From contig CBDBDK010000002.1 of the NCBI GenBank assembly GCA_965203745.1, positions 194,904-258,903 on the forward strand: a stretch of 64,000 nt of DNA, given 5' to 3'. This DNA comes from an uncultured Candidatus Binatia bacterium (GTDB lineage: Bacteria > Desulfobacterota > Binatia > Bin18). The translations under genes were made by a program, and so were the position numbers. Every line of letters starts with the position of its first letter. Positions within the stretch are counted from its first letter, which is position 1. The notes under the pieces were generated by a model. It worked only from the letters and a program-made list of their open reading frames with translations. It was not told the origin of the DNA and did no database searches. This document shows positions 59,876 through 64,000 of the stretch, piece by piece.

Positions 59876-61213
59876 CTAGCGTCGTCCCTCAGTCAACTTA
59901 TTCACATCGTACAGGCTCAGCACCTCCTCCACATCCACCTCCGGGTAGCCCATATCCAGCGCCGGAAATAACGACGCCTGGCCGGTCTTAACGTCAACGA
60001 CCGTGACGCCAAGGTAACGGACGATATGCGCGCCGGTATTCATCTCCGGCAGATGCTGCGCGTCTTCAGACCAGGAATTCTGCATGCCCCACACCTTCCA
60101 CAGGGTGCCTTCCTGGTTGAACGCCATGCCGGAAACCACGCGATAGGTCTGGGCGTCAATAAACAGAATCTTGCTGCTGTACGGATGATTCTCCCGCTTG
60201 GGCTTGAGCTCAACGATCATGGCCTTACGCAGTTCCCACGGCCCGAGTGGCGCCCGGCCCGCGGGCCCGTAATAGCGCGCATAGGCGTGGGGCGAATTCA
60301 TGATGTGCAGCACGTCTTTCCAGCCGTGAAAGGTCCAGTCATAGTCCAGCACCCGCCCGGAGAAGCCGAAGAAGTCATCCAGGGTCGTATCTGACCCCTG
60401 GAAAGAATCTGCTTTCTCTTCAGCAGAAACACGCCGGACTTTGCGTAGGGACGGGACATAGGTCCACGCCTGATCGGGCCGGTGCGGGTCGCTGGAACGC
60501 TGGATGAGGACGCGCAGACCCCGCATTTCATACGGGTCGGTAAAGTCGTTGATGTCTTTCCACTCAAACTCCGCGGCCCCATCAACGGGCAGGGTGTAAT
60601 TCTGCTCGGGCAGCATGGCAAGATGGCTATGATACACCCGCTGATAGCGCTGCTGGAGCACGCGCTCAACCGTGCCACTCGGTTGAATCATATCCTCGGG
60701 TATGCCTGGCAACGCACCGTGCGTCCCCCCCGGTTTGATCATGATTGTGGCGAAATTGCCGACCTTGATGCCATAGTGCTGCCAGCGGAAATTAAAATTC
60801 CAGCCGATCTTGAGACCCGCGGTCGGGTCTGCCGGGTCTAAGTGGTCCGCGGGAAACGGCTGGCCGGCAACATAATTCTTCAGGCCGCCGTCCTCAGCGA
60901 GCTGGGTCTGGCCGGTGAATTTCTCCGTTGCTTCGAGATAGTCCGTGCGCGGGGGATAATCGCCTGGGGAGCTGATGTCGAAGGTCACTTCCGGAAACTG
61001 AAACTCTTCAAAATAGCCGGGCGGCACAAAGGGCCGGATCTTGTCCATATCGCTCAGTCCCAGCGTCTGGCCGGGCGTAAACTCCGGCTGGGCGCCTTGA
61101 TACTGCCGCACCCATTCCAATACGGTCTCCCGGGTCATGGCGCTGCGCTCATCCTGCGCCCAACTCGGCCCGGCCCAGACCAGTAATCCTACGAATAGAA
61201 CAATAAACGGCAT
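59876..61213 (-). CDS. DUF1329-like secreted protein, paralog of the downstream gene
   Basis: Start at MPFIVLFVGLLVWAGPSWAQ with GGGAGG RBS. LRKVRR block parallels LRRVRR in the paralog. The ORF track's longer N-terminus is unsupported. Confidence 0.45.
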   Translation of the reverse strand: MPFIVLFVGLLVWAGPSWAQDERSAMTRETVLEWVRQYQGAQPEFTPGQTLGLSDMDKIRPFVPPGYFEEFQFPEVTFDISSPGDYPPRTDYLEATEKFTGQTQLAEDGGLKNYVAGQPFPADHLDPADPTAGLKIGWNFNFRWQHYGIKVGNFATIMIKPGGTHGALPGIPEDMIQPSGTVERVLQQRYQRVYHSHLAMLPEQNYTLPVDGAAEFEWKDINDFTDPYEMRGLRVLIQRSSDPHRPDQAWTYVPSLRKVRRVSAEEKADSFQGSDTTLDDFFGFSGRVLDYDWTFHGWKDVLHIMNSPHAYARYYGPAGRAPLGPWELRKAMIVELKPKRENHPYSSKILFIDAQTYRVVSGMAFNQEGTLWKVWGMQNSWSEDAQHLPEMNTGAHIVRYLGVTVVDVKTGQASLFPALDMGYPEVDVEEVLSLYDVNKLTEGRR

Positions 61214-61402
61214 TCGTCCTCCCTTACGTTCTCTCTTGCTCACCGGCCAGCCTAACGGTTCTCTGCAAGACAGGCTATCCCTCCCGATTGCCGTTCGGAC
61301 AAAAAATGTCTTTGCAAAAAATACAAGCTTGGCTATGGTGACGGCGGATACTCGTCCGTACGGTTCCTCAATCTGAAGCGTAGAGAGACACAGGAGGCCA
61401 GC

Positions 61403-61969
61403 ATGAAAACGATCTCGGTGAGCCCCGAAGACATGGAAGCCCGCATTGCCCGCTTCCAAGACTTGAAGCCCATTCCGGCTATGCAGAACGCCAAAATTCC
61501 GTTGGCAGCCCGGGACCACATCTACGCCCGTAAGCTACTGCCAGTGATCTCTTCTAAGGGCGGAGAAGGGCCGTTTGGGCCGGCCCCAATTGCCGAAGCC
61601 GATGGCTATTCCATGACGCTGGCCGTGTGCCCACCCAACCAGGGGCCGGGACTGCACGCCCATCACAAGACGCATGAGATTTTTACCTGCCTCAAAGGGA
61701 CGTTCAAAATCCAGTGGGGCGATGACGGAGAACACGCAATTGTACTGAATCAATTTGACACGATCTCAGTACCACCGGGCGTGTGTCGCGGCTTCACGAA
61801 TATCGGCGATGACGAAGGCTGCCTCCAAGTGCTGATTACCGGCGGTGTGCACGATATGCAGGATATCGCTTTTCCACCCAGCGTGGCCGCGCGGATAGAC
61901 CAAACCGGCCTGGGAGTGTTAGAGGAGATTAAGAAGACTGGCCTCGCATTTGACGCAGGCCAAGAATAG
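61403..61969 (+). CDS. cupin domain protein
   Basis: 188 aa. GLHAHHKTHEIFTCLKG ... VPPGVCRGFTN cupin motifs. Confidence 0.65.
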   Translation: MKTISVSPEDMEARIARFQDLKPIPAMQNAKIPLAARDHIYARKLLPVISSKGGEGPFGPAPIAEADGYSMTLAVCPPNQGPGLHAHHKTHEIFTCLKGTFKIQWGDDGEHAIVLNQFDTISVPPGVCRGFTNIGDDEGCLQVLITGGVHDMQDIAFPPSVAARIDQTGLGVLEEIKKTGLAFDAGQE

Positions 61970-62017
61970 AGATTCAAGAGTAGCGCGGTAACCGACGAGT
62001 TTCATAAGGAGGGCAGC

Positions 62018-62500
62018 ATGAGTGGTGACGAGTTAGTCCAACGGCTCCAGGTTTTGGAAGACATTGAAGCTATTAAAAAAGTCAAAGCCGAATACTGTGC
62101 GCATTGTGACAACGGCTACAACCCGGACGGGATTGCCGAGCTGTTTGCCGAAGACGGAGTGTGGGACGGCGGGGTTGACGTGTTTGGCAAATACGACGGC
62201 CGGGAAGCCATTCGGAAGTTCTTCACCGGGGCGACCAGGGTCATTCCGTTTGCCGTGCACAACGTCATGAATCCCATCATTGAAGTCGATGGCGACACAG
62301 CCACGGGGCAGTGGTATCTGTTCCAGCCCTGCACGATGACGGAGAAAGACGGGGATAAGGCCGTGTGGGGTGCGGCCAAATATAGCGACGACTATGTACG
62401 GGTCGATGGCGAGTGGAAAATCCAGACCCTGCGCGTCAAGTTCGAGTTCTGGACACCCTTTGAAAAGGGCTGGGCGGAAAAGCGGATGATTCAGGACTAG
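62018..62500 (+). CDS. SnoaL-like / NTF2-like domain protein
   Basis: 160 aa with NTF2-like fold pattern (ELFAEDGVWDGG ... IEVDGDTATGQWYL). Confidence 0.6.
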   Translation: MSGDELVQRLQVLEDIEAIKKVKAEYCAHCDNGYNPDGIAELFAEDGVWDGGVDVFGKYDGREAIRKFFTGATRVIPFAVHNVMNPIIEVDGDTATGQWYLFQPCTMTEKDGDKAVWGAAKYSDDYVRVDGEWKIQTLRVKFEFWTPFEKGWAEKRMIQD

Positions 62501-62526
62501 CGATCTCGTCCCTATAGGAGCGGCCT

Positions 62527-63711
62527 ATGCAGTTTTACAATTTCCATCTCATGCCGTGGCCCGACCTGCCTGAGGACTTTGCCGACAAGACCAAACATGA
62601 ATCGGCCTGGGTGACGCTCTCGAATAAATACTACGATCCCGAAAAGGGGCATACGGTCTACAATCAATATCTGGATCAGCTTGAGTATGCCGAAAAGCTG
62701 GGGTTCGAGGGCGTGTGTGTCAACGAGCACCACCAGAACACCTACGGCACCATGCCGTCGCCGAACATTATGGCCGCCATGCTGGCCCGCCGGACCTCGC
62801 GGATGAAGATAGCGATGGTCGGTAACGGTCTGCCGCTCCGCGATCACCCCCTCCGGGTCGCCGAAGAAGTCGCCATGCTCGATGTTGTGACCGGCGGGCG
62901 TATTATTTCCGGTTTTGTGCGCGGCATCGGGGACGAGTATTTTTCTCTGGGTATCAATCCTACGTATTCGCTGGCGCGTTTTCGCGAAGCGCACGATTTG
63001 ATTATCCGCTCCTGGACCGAGACCGGCCCGTTTTACTTTGACGGTGAGCATTATCAAGTCCGCTATGTCAACGTCTGGCCGCGTCCCCTCCAGAAACCGC
63101 ACCCGCCGATTTGGATCCCCGGCTTCGGCAGCAAGGAAACCGTCGAATGGTGCGCCCACCCCGACCGCAAATATCCCTATCTTGCAGTGTTTATGCCGGA
63201 TGATCTGGTGAAGTGGTTCTTCGATGCTTACCGCGAGGCCGCGGACCAGTACGGCTACGAAGCCTCGCCCTACCAAATGGGTCACCTCCTGCCGGTCTAC
63301 GTGGCCGAGACGGACAGTCGCGCGGAAGAAGAGGCCGCGGCCCATATTCTGTGGCTCTACCACTACGGCCTGCGTCATAAATGGCAAATGTTCTTCCCGC
63401 CGGGTTACACGTCCGCGGCGTCTATGCGGCGCATCCTGGCCCGCGCGGCCGACTTCGATTGGGAAAGCATGGATTTCAAGCAGCTTAACGAGCGCGGCTA
63501 CTGTGTCGTGGGGAGCGCCAAGACCGTGCGCGAGCGTCTCGCCCATTTGGTCAAGGAACTCGGCTTCGGCCTGCTGCTCCCCCTCCTGCACGCGGGCGAT
63601 ATGCCGCACCATCGGGTCATCAAGAACATGGACCTGTTTGCCGCCGACGTGATGCCTGCTCTGCGCGAAGAATTCAGCGCGATGTCGCAGCGTTGGCTGG
63701 AGGCGGCCTGA
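62527..63711 (+). CDS. LLM class flavin-dependent oxidoreductase
   Basis: 394 aa. Luciferase-like monooxygenase blocks (VCVNEHHQNTYGTMPSP ...). Confidence 0.8.
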   Translation: MQFYNFHLMPWPDLPEDFADKTKHESAWVTLSNKYYDPEKGHTVYNQYLDQLEYAEKLGFEGVCVNEHHQNTYGTMPSPNIMAAMLARRTSRMKIAMVGNGLPLRDHPLRVAEEVAMLDVVTGGRIISGFVRGIGDEYFSLGINPTYSLARFREAHDLIIRSWTETGPFYFDGEHYQVRYVNVWPRPLQKPHPPIWIPGFGSKETVEWCAHPDRKYPYLAVFMPDDLVKWFFDAYREAADQYGYEASPYQMGHLLPVYVAETDSRAEEEAAAHILWLYHYGLRHKWQMFFPPGYTSAASMRRILARAADFDWESMDFKQLNERGYCVVGSAKTVRERLAHLVKELGFGLLLPLLHAGDMPHHRVIKNMDLFAADVMPALREEFSAMSQRWLEAA

Positions 63712-63778
63712 GTGTAGGGGCAACCCCCTGTGGTTGCCCTTTTTTGTCGGGCGCGCCGCAACACAAAGGAGGGTCGCA

Positions 63779-64000
63779 TGGAATTCGGACTGACCGCGGA
63801 TCATATTCGTATTCAGACAGTCGCCCGTCAGCTCTCTGCTGATTTTGCGACCCGTGCGGCCGAGCACGACCGGGAGGGCTCTCCGCCCAAGGAGAATTAT
63901 GCGGCCCTCCGGGATGCCGGTTTCTACGGCCTAGTCGTGCCCAAGGAGTACGGCGGCCAAGAGGCCGGGCTCCTTGGCTATACTATTGCCGCCGAGGAAA
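63779..64000 (+). CDS. acyl-CoA dehydrogenase (N-terminal fragment; continues beyond window)
   Basis: MEFGLTADHIRIQTVARQLSADF ... RDAGFYGLVVPKEYGG is a typical ACAD N-domain. Confidence 0.7.

Noticed and set aside
1-64000. CRISPR arrays, IS elements/transposases, integrases, rRNA
   Set aside because: No short regularly spaced direct repeats, no transposase/integrase-like ORFs and no rRNA-like segments were seen on either strand.

Overview
High-GC (~65%) bacterial chromosome segment, largely metabolic, with one low-GC (~47-53%) accessory block at the left end. That block (1-5800, all minus strand) is a Type I restriction-modification hsdM-orf81-hsdS operon with no hsdR in the window. Directly downstream of hsdS, within 4-16 nt gaps, sit a KAP-family P-loop NTPase, a 127-aa TIR-like (DUF1863/ThsB-like) protein and a 2-TM SLATT-like membrane protein that runs off the window start. 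This is a candidate undescribed defence cassette riding on a Type I RM locus. The rest of the window holds: a duplicated hydantoinase/oxoprolinase locus (2 HyuA + 3 HyuB + 2 RidA); a BrnT/BrnA toxin-antitoxin pair; two amidase + LLM oxidoreductase + RidA modules (five RidA paralogs in total); a GT2/EamA pair; a urease cluster ureF-ureAB(fused)-ureC-ureD with no ureE/ureG in view; a sulfur-assimilation neighbourhood (cysE, cysK, ferredoxin-sulfite reductase, Rrf2 regulator with operator-like repeats) that contains a VapC C-terminal remnant right after cysK; tadA-tRNA-Ser(CGA) followed by a CocE/NonD hydrolase gene broken by an in-frame TGA; a CcdA-thioredoxin fusion/OsmC/VOC redox cluster; and tandem DUF1329-like secreted paralogs. 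No CRISPR array, rRNA, transposase or integrase was seen. Many long antisense ORFs in the track are GC artefacts.
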